A stretch of 64,000 bases of DNA from Nemertoderma westbladi (lineage: Eukaryota; Animalia; Xenacoelomorpha), in contig JAUCBJ010003832.1 in NCBI GenBank assembly GCA_032718475.1, positions 56,392-120,391 of the forward strand, in the 5' to 3' direction. The position numbers were made by a program, and so were the translations under genes. The notes under the pieces are model-generated. The model did no database searches, was not told the DNA's origin, and saw only the letters and a list, made by a program, of their open reading frames with translations. This document shows positions 50,199-60,854 of the stretch, piece after piece. Position 1 is the stretch's first letter. The number at the start of each line of letters is the position of its first letter.

Positions 50199-52009
50199 CT
50201 ATTGCGCACTCTGAGTACCACCAATGACATGAAAATGGCCAAATTGACCCATTAGAATGAATTTTTGGACAAAATGAATCGGCGCAAGCGATTTCTAGCG
50301 TATAAAATAGTCGGAAACCACTTTCAGATTAAATAGTTGAAAATAGTAAGACGCCCCTATTATCTTTGCCAATAAATTTTTCCCCTCCATCTTGTAATTT
50401 TTATATTCATTTCCAAATCAAACTTGTGCTAAATATATCAGTACTATTTTAATTTGTGTTTATTAGTTGTTAATTAACAATTTATTCGGATATTAAATTT
50501 ATCGTCCGTTGGTTACATTATATAATAATGTTTTTTCTTTATTATAGTATCAACAAACACCGTCAAGAAAGTAAAATCAATTTCAATCATAACTGTCATG
50601 GATCTAAGCGATGTAAAAAGCGACGCGTAAGTATTTGTGTGGGTAGTTATTTGAATTTGGCGTCTGTTATTGTTACAGTACGTGTCTAGCACGTCATTTG
50701 ACGTGCTTGTGTGGTGTTCCAGTGTAGTATTTGACGTCTGATGACGTAATTGACACGTGTCTAACAAGTCATTTGACGTTAACTGTAGCACGTCATGGTT
50801 TGACGTGCTCAAACACGTGTTTGACACTTCCAAAATACACGTGGCCAAGACGTCATTTTCAACACGTTGACGTCAAATAATTACATCGTATCCACGTGTT
50901 TTTGACGTGTTGATGCTTATAGGGCTACTCCTTTCCCTGAATTGGTAACAACATCGTTTATTGTTTTGGTTAGAAAAAGCCGTCTCTGTAACCTGCTCCT
51001 TTCCCTCAATTGGTAACTAAAATGGTTACTAACACAAATCTTATTGGGCGAAGGTTTCCCCCGGGCGAAGGTTGGACGCAGGCTAAGATTGGACGCGGGC
51101 GAAGGTTGTACGCGGGCGAAGGTTGCACCCAACCTTGTACGCGGGCGAAGATTGCACCCAACCGCGCGATGATGGCTGGGTTGGAGGGGAATTTCATTGT
51201 TCCCCTCCCTAATTCACTTCCTGTCTGATGTTTACAGATTTGATTGTGTATTGTGTAGCCTATTAATTGTCTGATTCAGGAGTTAGTCAGTAGGCCAAGC
51301 TGCCAAATGCACTACAGCACTACTGTCTGACTGCCCAGTTCAGCAGTTGCCAGTGTCCAGTACTACTGTACTACTACTGTACTACTGTACTAAGTACTGA
51401 AGTACCAGAGCACAGACTAACCACTAACAGATAGTCAAGGTTTGAGCCAACTTCAGAACTTAAAAGTTGAATTTAAAAAAGTTTTAAATTTCCGTTCAGC
51501 CGTTGAAATTTGAACTGCTCCCCGATTGACGACTGTCTCTGGCTCAGACTGTCAGTGGCTCAGTCCTGCAGTCGAGCCGAGCCTAGGCCCTACTGCCCTA
51601 TGTCAGTATGTGTTTATTACAGCAGTACAGTACAGCAGTACCTACTGCAGTATTCAGGTATTAGGCCTATGTTTTTATCGTGAGTTTAAATAGGCCTATA
51701 AATACAAATAAATTTATTAATTTCCTGTTTTCTGCCTTTATGTACGGTACCGGTAACCGCTATAGGCCTAAATTGCTGAACTGATAAATAAGGCAGTCAG
51801 TAAGGGTAGTTCTAGAGTTCCTTCACTTCACTGACTTGCGCTCCTGCAGTCCTGCTCGCTGCTCCTCGTTCGGTCGTTTAAAGTATTAACGTATTACTGT
51901 ATTAAGTATAAAGTATTACCGCTACCGGTATACAGGTGTATGTAGCTCAAAGACTGATAGACTAGCAACTGTGAACTGTAATTGGTACCGGTACCGGTAA
52001 TACTGTAAT

Positions 52010-52451
52010 ATGACGGAACAACAATTGGACTGTGCGTTGGACCTTATGCGACGACTTCCTCCCCAGCAGATCGAGTCGAACCTATCGGATCTGATAGACC
52101 TGGTGCCCCGACTATGCGAGGACCTCCTCAGTTCGGTGGACCAGCCGCTCAAGGTTGCCCGGGACCGCTCAGTAGGGAAGGACTACCTGTTGTGCGACTA
52201 CAACCGGGACGGGGACAGTTACCGCTCCCCGTGGTCCAACGTGTACGACCCCCCGATGGAGGACGGGGGGGTCCCGTCGGAACGACTGCGGAAGCTCGAG
52301 ATCGACGGGAACGCGGCCTTCGATCTCTACCGGGAGATGTACTTCGAGGGGGGAGTGAGTTCCGTGTATCTGTGGGATCTCGACCAACACGGCGCCTTCG
52401 CTGGGGTTATTCTCATAAAGAAAGCCGGGGACGGTTCACAGAAAATTAAAG
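52010..52451 (+). CDS. CAPZB: F-actin capping protein beta subunit, exon 1
   Basis: [22 protein letters not shown]...[22 protein letters not shown]...[15 protein letters not shown]; G|gttgta donor. Confidence 0.96.
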
Positions 52452-52661
52452 GTTGTATACTGTGTATACCTACCATATTCATTCATGGATTAGTTTGTAG
52501 CCTAGTTCATAAAGTTTAAGACATGCATTTTGTATTTTCATAATTTTTGAAATACCAAGAAATATCACGCATACTTGGTGTTTCTATGGCTCCATAATTG
52601 TTTGGCAACAATTCGAGGCGGCCAAATATACAGGATACAGCAGATTGCTTGCTATATACAT

Positions 52662-52909
52662 ACAATATTGCAATGTTCTAGAGTTAATATACGGAAATAA
52701 TAACCTGAAGCGAATAAAACTGAATAATCACTGATGCCGTTCCAGAAGCAAATTAACCTGTATAGTATAATTACCGAGGCCGCAGGCCAAGGTTATTATA
52801 TTAGGTTAATTCTGTAATTTGCTGAAGGATTAGGCAGAAGTGATTATTCAGTTTTATTCGCTGAAGGTTTTTATTTCCGTATATTAACTCTAGAACATTG
52901 CAATATTGT
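52662..52909. mobile_element. Foldback MITE-like hairpin in the CAPZB intron
   Basis: acaatattgcaatgttctagagttaatatacggaaataa...gcgaataaaactgaataatcact and its reverse complement. Confidence 0.85.
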
Positions 52910-54347
52910 GTTTATTGTTAATTAGAGCATATTGAATGAACGAACAACATGACAGCATACTTTGTATTTTTAAGGATCGTGTTCTAATACAATACGCGAA
53001 TTCAATTTTTTCAAGCCTTGCGTAGCATTTAAATCCATTTCCTTGAATTAATATCGCTCCAGAGGTCGTGAGGTTCTACTCCTGCAGGCGGGCCAGGATA
53101 GTTTTCGTTTTGGCACAAATGCTTTAAAGGGACTAACCAAACAGGGCGCGCGCATATAGGCCTATGCTGTGTTACTTAAATGGTCGTTAAATGAGTACCA
53201 GTTATCTCATTGCCTGTAAGGAGTATAGTTCTGTGGGGTCTATACTGGAAATGAGTTGTGAGGCCTTTTCTATTTTTCGTACTTGTTACAAGGAGGTCTC
53301 CTTGTATTTTTTAATTTCCGCACTCATTGCCTCTAACATAAGGTAAGGACGATACGACCGAATCTGTGCAACTACTGTATTTTTTTAATTATCTTATTTA
53401 ATAAATTGTAGCAGAAATAACGTTATTTTATTTTCTTCAATACTAGACTCTTTTCACTGGTAAATTAATAAAGATAAGCCAACTTTACTATGGATATTCG
53501 TAATAATAATACGATTTGTTGGTATTTTTAAAAACACTAGCTACTGTACCATTTTTATGAATACACTTCTAAGATACACTTTTAAGATGGCAAACAACGA
53601 AAAGATCTTCACTTTTTCTATGCCGTTTCTATCTAATTTAATGATGCTCGCATGGCTTTTGGTGAGGTCAGATTGTAATAAGAGTTATCATTCTTACGAA
53701 TACTGGAGTAGAATATAAGTGCCAATCTGTCAATCATATTGAGATGCTCATTTTGCTTAATGTGAAATAATTTATAGCTATCCTATAGTACATGTGAAAG
53801 AAACCGTATCAAGTTTGGTATATTACTGTACCATAGGATAATACATAAAATTATATGAATATACCCACTGCAACATATATTTTCTAGAATCCCGTATCAG
53901 AGCAATTTCTAAGAAAAGAGTATAATTTTAGGAAAAAATGGTATAATACAACATTTATAGAACATTTATTTAAAATTATACGATTATAATTTTAGCTAGT
54001 TTCCGTAGCAATATGCGAAAATTAACAAACTGATATTGTATTTTTTTTCGTTTTACAGTTTATTAATTTACGTTATTATTATTATTTCGCTAAATAATTT
54101 GACTTTATTTACACTAAATTAATTTGTTTATTGTTTTTGTAGGATTTGTTCTTTGTGGTAGATAAATTTATTCCACCGCGGTTGAATCTTGTTTATTCCT
54201 ATTTTGCCGTGAATCACATTACCGTAGCCAATCTCGATATGTTTTCGAATTTTCCCGTACCCGTATCCGTATATGTTTATCTGTTTGTATATAAAGTAGA
54301 ACATCGTAAGTGGAATTTATGTTATTTTAATGTTTTTACCGTTCCAG

Positions 54348-54745
54348 GTTGTTGGGACTCGATCCACGTTGTGGAAGTTCTCGAGAAGTCGACAGGCCGG
54401 TCGGCCCACTACAAACTAACCTCCACGGTGATGCTGTGGCTGCAGACAGACAAGGCGACGAGCGGAACGATGAATCTTGGCGGCTCGCTGACCCGGCAGG
54501 TCGAGTCGGACGCCGCGGTGGCGGAATCCGGGAGTCACATCGCCAACATCGGGCGACTAGTCGAGGAGATGGAGAACAAAATCCGGGGCACCTTGAACGA
54601 GATTTACTTCGGGAAGACGCGGGACATCGTGAACGGGGTCCGCTCGGTGCAGCCGCTGCCGGATCAGCAGCAGCAGTTGCGGTTGAAGAACGAGCTGGCG
54701 TCGGCGCTGTCCCGTCGAACTGGATCCAATCCGCTAGGGAAATAA
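54348..54745 (+). CDS. CAPZB: F-actin capping protein beta subunit, exon 2
   Basis: ttccag acceptor; [11 protein letters not shown]...[15 protein letters not shown]...[10 protein letters not shown]...EIYFGKT; joined protein 279 aa. Confidence 0.96.
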
Positions 54746-56500
54746 AGTAGTCGACGGGGAAATAATGTTACTCTCTCTATCGGGCTGGTTAGAGTCGAGT
54801 TATTCACTTTAAACTATTTTTGAATTCTATATAATAGGGAAACAACCGTCTGTTGTAATTTATATTATATTATTACTCAATCCTTAATAATTGCTAATAA
54901 TTTAGTTATATTATATTATATCATTCCTTTTAGATTTTATAATTATTTCCATATATATAAATGGGTTTAATATATCAGTAACTATTTAATATAATATATA
55001 TGGGATTCAATTGTATAAAATATTTAAACAAATTTACCGTTTTTATAAATACTCCCCTCACTTCTATTATAACTTCACACAGAATAGGAATATGATAAAC
55101 TACCGATGTTTCTCTTGCACAGTTCCTACAGTCTCTACTCTAATAAACTCCAAAGCATAAAATGGAACTGCCATCGATCTTCCGACTTGTCGCGCTCTCG
55201 TACAGTTCAGTTACTAATTAATTCATTATTTTTCTTAGATACAATACGTCTTTAACCTAATGTTTGCACTTGTCCGATCTTTATTTTGCATATAATCTTG
55301 GTTTACTCACTGTGGTTGGGTATAAACAATTATACGTTCGACAACCTCTAAGACTTTATACTCGTTAATTAATATTAATTATCAATTGTCTGTTGTTGTC
55401 GGATACGCTTTTCCGTTTCCAATTGTATTATTCATAAACAGCTTCCATTCTCTCTCTATGATTCCGGTATGTCCGTTCTTATAGATAAGACTGTCTGTTC
55501 CATAGAAGTGGAATAAATAGGAAGGCAGGGGAGAGTGGCTGAACTAGTTAGTTATGAGTTATTAGGGGTGTATTTTGATATTAAAAATTAGTTATAATAA
55601 ATAATTTAATTTATATATATAGCGCTTTTCTACGCACAGCATTCCAAGCGCTAATAACTAGGAATAAAGATTTTTAATGTAAATAAGTTCCTTACTAAAT
55701 TTAGGTTATTGTTTTGGTAATAAAAAAAACCATTGCCAATCCTTTCCCTAAATAATTATCTTAAATGGTGATTAACGAAATTTAATATTCGCAATTTTGC
55801 CCAAAGCCGCAGCCAAATTGTATATATGCCGTATAGCGCTTGTTCAATCCCCAGTGGTATACACGACATTTTTTTTCATTCTCTAGGCCTAATCTATCAT
55901 ATTGTAAACAGCGCTAAATTAAAAACAGCAAACTTGGATTCCCTGTAGAACATTGTAAAATGTTAAATCTGTCGATGGAAATATAGAACATGTAGGTGAC
56001 TTGAAACATTGATATCTACAGGTGAGAGATGATGTTTTGTGGTCGGTCTTTAACACACCAGCAGATGCGACGATCACACCTTGTACGAATGCTTTTTGCA
56101 GTTTAATAATGGGTTTATAACTTAACTTGATTGAAAAAGTTAGTTTGGAAAGTCAATTTTTAAAATACCTTGCGATAAAATGCCGAGATAGTACATTTTA
56201 CTGTACTGCACAATGGATTTGTAAAAAAAATTTATGACATAGACACGTAGGCAGACTTCTCAAGAGAGCATAAATTATTTGGTAATATAATCCGGTCGGT
56301 ATATTTATTAGCAAACAAAATACATAGATTTTTGTAAGTTTAATATAACCGGTATCCCCGTATATTTAACTGACAATGTGAGAATAGTTAGAACTATTAA
56401 TTAGTTATTCGAACAGAATTCTCAGTAAATGAATTATACGTAAGCTACACGTATATATATTTATTTTAAAGGGATTCACCACTCGATGGTTTATCTTCGA

Positions 56501-58942
56501 CTATATCTTCTCTGGGGTCACTTTAATCGGTTTGGTGTAGAGATCAGCGGGGTCTCCCACAGTAATGCTCCCTGTAGACATATTGATTTCTTCACTCACA
56601 GATTTTATTGGTTTTTTGTAAATAGCAGTTGCGTCATTTGCATCAACGTTCGTCTTACCTTTAACTAACTCACTGATGTCCTTACTGGGTGGTTTAACTG
56701 GTTTTGTGCAAAAGTCTTTAAGGTCTTTTACATCTATAGACGTGTTATTTTCGTCACTTCTGACTTTTGGTTTAACTGGTTTTGTGTAAAGGTCTCCAAG
56801 GTCCTTTACATCTATGGACGTGTTGTTTTTTTCTACTTCACTTCTGACTTTTGGTTTAACTGGTTTTGTGTAAAGGTCTCCAAGGTCCTGTACATCTATT
56901 ATAGACGTGTCGTTTTGTTCTACTTCACGTCTGCCATTTGATTTTACTGGTTTTGTGTACAGGTCTTCATGGTCTTTTATATCAATAGACTTAGTATCAT
57001 TATATGGTTTAATTATATGGCTTCGGTGAGGTTTTCTTGGTTTAGTGTAGAGATCATAGACATCACGAGGTTTATCGGTATTTATTTCCTTTGTATTGAG
57101 TTCGGGCTTGGTATCTTTTTCTTTAACATTCGCTTCAACATTTTGTAGGCTTTGAAGTTTATAATTCCCTTTTACCGAATCTGCTTCTTCATTATTTTGA
57201 TCTCCATATACATCGTATTCGTCGTCAACAACCTCATTAACAACGCCAAACTTCGTTGATTGGTTACCGTCCAGATTTCCATGGTGATGTTCTTCCGAAT
57301 CACAACCACAATCGTACAAGAAATATTCAGGATCAGCTATCGAGCTGTTAGTAAGTCCCCCATCCACGGTCTCATAATAAAAATCTGCTGAGCAATCAGC
57401 AGTAACACCGACATTAGAAGTACCCTGTCTGTCAGTTCCAGCTCTAGTAGGATTGGCAGCGGCACCACCATAAACATCGTATAAATCGTCACTCTGCCCC
57501 GATATTGTACTGAGTCTCCCATTCTCTTGTTGAGGTTGCGGCCGGTTAATTGTTTGTTTTCCGTCATTCATTTTCTTTTCATTTCGTTGTTTTTTTGTTC
57601 TACAAATACACATTAAAACCACGATGACTATAATAACTATTAGCACTACACCAGCAGCGCCAACAGTCACAATAAGCAATACAGATGTTCCACCTTTATT
57701 GTCTTCCGTTTCCGATGTTGGATTAGGCCTACTTGTTATTTGATAAGATGTAGTAGATATTTCTGTGGTTTGTGTAGTTGCTTCTATTGATGAAGATATC
57801 ACGTTACCTGTAGTTGTAGTTGTTGGTACTGTTACCGTTACACTGTTACTAGTTGCTATAATCCCAGACATTGATAAACTAGAGTTCACTTCGTACCAAT
57901 AGGAGGCGCTGTCATCAACTTCAACTGTAATTAATAAACCCGAATTGTTTCCAATTAATTCTCTTTCAGTTTTCGAGTTGCTCCTAAACCAAGAAATATT
58001 ATTAACAGGCCAACCCGGTGTGAAACTGCTTTGTAAATCCAATGTATCAGTTTCTTCCAGAAATATATCGTGATCCATTTGTTGACTATTATTGACAATA
58101 ATAGCTAGATTGGTCGCCATATAGTTAGCCACTAAGGTTACACTACATGTCTGCGTAGATGCCTTGTTTGTCGCCTTGCAAGTCATAAGGACAGTTTTAT
58201 TTTCAAATATAGATTGTTCGTCGGTTTCAGTCAGTTCATAAACTAGTATATCAATATCAGTCGTTTCTGCACTTTTAGTTTCACCAACTAACGTATCTCC
58301 AATATGATTGGACCAATAAAATTCCCCGTTGTTAGGGAATTCAGCTTCAGTAGGAGAAGGCAACCAATCGCTAGCTTTACATACCATATAAGGCAATAAT
58401 TCATCATTAGCTAATTTACCAGAATCGGGATCGTATTCTAAGTTACATGTTGATTGTTGAAGGTTATTTTTTATTTTGCAACCACAATAAAGGTGTGAGT
58501 TCCGGATCTCGCATGGCGGTAGAGTTATGCTTGACACCGTCCGAGTCACTATATGACCACCAGGTTGGTGGTCCCTCAGACGGCAACGATAATTCCAGGT
58601 GTCCCAGTGTGAACTAACGGCGAATCCAGGAAGACTATCTACATTAAACGTCGCTGTGTGTTCAGTGAAGTTCAGTTCCACAGAACCTCGTTCTAGGTCG
58701 GAGTTACCAGAACCTGTATCGTCTCTACGTAATATTTGCATAAAATCCGCATCGTTTTTAAAAACGTCTAAAGAAATGTCTACAACCTTTTGTGAATCAG
58801 AATTTATTTCTTCGGCAGTACAAACCAGTTGTAATCTATCACCTGCAATTAAACAATCTCTTTCCGATGGTAGAATCTTTACCATTCCACTGCACTCAGG
58901 AATAATGAGTACAAGTAGTTCTACTACCTCTATTAACGTCAT
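56501..58942 (-). CDS. Intronless type I membrane receptor: three divergent Ig-like domains, Thr/Ser stalk, TM helix, Tyr-repeat tail (copy A)
   Basis: 813-aa ORF; signal-peptide-like start; LQLVC...DTWNYRC; MVCKAS..P.P..FYW...LMTCKATN; ISWFR...DDSASYWY; TM VLLIVTVGAAGVVLIVIIVIVVLMCIC followed by RTKK; repeated DLYTKP. Confidence 0.88.
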   Translation of the reverse strand: MTLIEVVELLVLIIPECSGMVKILPSERDCLIAGDRLQLVCTAEEINSDSQKVVDISLDVFKNDADFMQILRRDDTGSGNSDLERGSVELNFTEHTATFNVDSLPGFAVSSHWDTWNYRCRLRDHQPGGHIVTRTVSSITLPPCEIRNSHLYCGCKIKNNLQQSTCNLEYDPDSGKLANDELLPYMVCKASDWLPSPTEAEFPNNGEFYWSNHIGDTLVGETKSAETTDIDILVYELTETDEQSIFENKTVLMTCKATNKASTQTCSVTLVANYMATNLAIIVNNSQQMDHDIFLEETDTLDLQSSFTPGWPVNNISWFRSNSKTERELIGNNSGLLITVEVDDSASYWYEVNSSLSMSGIIATSNSVTVTVPTTTTTGNVISSSIEATTQTTEISTTSYQITSRPNPTSETEDNKGGTSVLLIVTVGAAGVVLIVIIVIVVLMCICRTKKQRNEKKMNDGKQTINRPQPQQENGRLSTISGQSDDLYDVYGGAAANPTRAGTDRQGTSNVGVTADCSADFYYETVDGGLTNSSIADPEYFLYDCGCDSEEHHHGNLDGNQSTKFGVVNEVVDDEYDVYGDQNNEEADSVKGNYKLQSLQNVEANVKEKDTKPELNTKEINTDKPRDVYDLYTKPRKPHRSHIIKPYNDTKSIDIKDHEDLYTKPVKSNGRREVEQNDTSIIDVQDLGDLYTKPVKPKVRSEVEKNNTSIDVKDLGDLYTKPVKPKVRSDENNTSIDVKDLKDFCTKPVKPPSKDISELVKGKTNVDANDATAIYKKPIKSVSEEINMSTGSITVGDPADLYTKPIKVTPEKI

Positions 58943-59245
58943 GGCGATGAATATTATATTATTATTATCAGGATGTCAGAGTTTTAACTAACACAAATAT
59001 TATTCCACTGTAGTACAGTACAACCCACCAAGCTGTCGAGTTAGTTTACAAAGTATTGTACCGCGTACATCATGGAGTTTACAAAATATAATTTTTATTA
59101 ATTTTCCATGAAAACAAAATAAATAATCACACCGTAGGCCTACCACGTCAGTGTTATTTACAATACAGTTTGGAGTACATCGACCCACGATCACCGGGAT
59201 TCATCACCGGTGAACATGAAAACTCGAGAGTTCGCGATCAGCATT

Positions 59246-59366
59246 GAAAATCCCCTATTCCGAATCTATCAGTTTTAGTATTCAGTAAGAGTATCTATCT
59301 ATCTCCCAAAAACTATGTTATTATTAGCTAAATTACTATGCAGATAAACTGTTCGAACACGGAAGT
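59246..59366 (-). promoter_or_regulatory. kB-like (GGGGATTTTC) and ETS-core (CGGAAGT) motifs upstream of receptor A
   Basis: Motifs at 59246-59255 and 59360-59366, present at equivalent positions upstream of copy B. Confidence 0.45.
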
Positions 59367-60854
59367 TAGAGATTTTACGTTGAGTTAATTCTCCGGACCT
59401 CTTTACTAAATTATTATAGTCAGTGTAGGTAGCCTATATGGGTTGCAATTATTTGGCACAGATTTAATATAAATGGCGGGCCTAATGTTTGGTTGAATTC
59501 ACTGCATCTAAAACGATTTTATTGTTAAAGTAAAAGTACCGTTAGTTTAGTTCTGTATAAAATTAAGTCGCGATACAAATATTTATAATATAATAATATA
59601 AATATGTTATAGGTTAGTGGGGGCCACGTTGGCGTAGTGGTTAAATCCGTTACATTGAATTCATATACAGATATCGTGACTGCGAGCCCCGCAAACAGAC
59701 CAGGGTGGTTTTCGATATGGTGGTCGGTCAATCTTTGATAAATGGAACCAAACTTTCCACTATACATGTAGTCTATCAAAAGTTTAGAAATTCAACAGAT
59801 AAACATACTTCTGTAGTTCATCTGACTGCCGCTAGGGGGGCGAATTGACAGAAACGTAAAAGTAGCTGTAATAATATAACCAACCATCAGATTCATCGGA
59901 AATTGGTAATACAGTAGTAACCTACGAGCATTGCTTAATTAGAAATTCTACACGCAGGCAGACTCTTACAGTTCCTATGTCTGCCGCTAGGGGGTGAATA
60001 ATTAGGTGCACTAGGATTGTACCTCTACGGAAAGGCTCATATGGACTTACGTGCTGCGCGAAGTCCCTACGTACGTGTAGACAGGCAAAGTGAAAGTATC
60101 TTGACAGTCCATTCCGCATTGGATGAGCTACGTCCCCAGTTGTAATACTGTAGTACACTTACATTAGATTTTAAAAGTCGCTAAAAGAGTGACAGTTTCC
60201 TCTGGGGAGTATATAGTTCTCCTATAGTTTCGCCTTTTTAACAATTACAATCAAACTCGTTAACAAGGAATCCAAAAAGCGGATCAAATACTCAAAGTAA
60301 GTAATCCTTTATAAGGAATTGTAAATAATCACAACTTTACGGAAAAAATAAATAGCAGTTCAAGTTATATGAAACCGGTGTCGTATGCTAGAACTCCAAA
60401 ATGGGAGGTCTCCCCACCACCTTATCCCCTCCGGGAATAAAGTACTACATGGTGGTTTGTCCCTCCCACCCCCCCCCCCTCCCCCCCCCACCCCCTTCGT
60501 TAAAAGAGGCGGCGGGTTGATGATACCAAAGAACTAAGAAAAATTAACAATGTTACAAGATTATGCAGGTTAGTAAATATTAATTAAAATCTTTAAAATT
60601 ATACTGACGGTAGATGATGACATATTGGATAGTGGGGAATTCTACCATACGTGGTAGAGGGTGGTGACATGCATCACGTTCCTAGAACAATCCAAACCGC
60701 AAGGGGGGCTTCGGATAAAAAGTAATAAGTTTCGAGTAATTAAGTTTAATATTTCATGAAACAATAGACTAACATAGTAGTATAAATTTCAATTGTGAGT
60801 TGAATTACAGGTAATAATATGAAGCGCCTTCTCCAACAAGAAGTAAAAACCATA

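Noticed and set aside
49804-50242. Pro/Thr-rich and His/Thr-rich ORFs
   Set aside because: Translations of the 30-bp minisatellite.
52452-52519. ORF-track extension of CAPZB ([21 protein letters not shown]) and the N-terminal part of ORF 54146
   Set aside because: Intron read-through; homology resumes exactly at 54348 (GCWDSIH).
46133-54745. Horizontal transfer or contamination as the cause of the GC-rich genes
   Set aside because: Both proteins are typical animal NIPP1 and CAPZB, and the intron and flanks share the host's AT-rich composition and repeat families.
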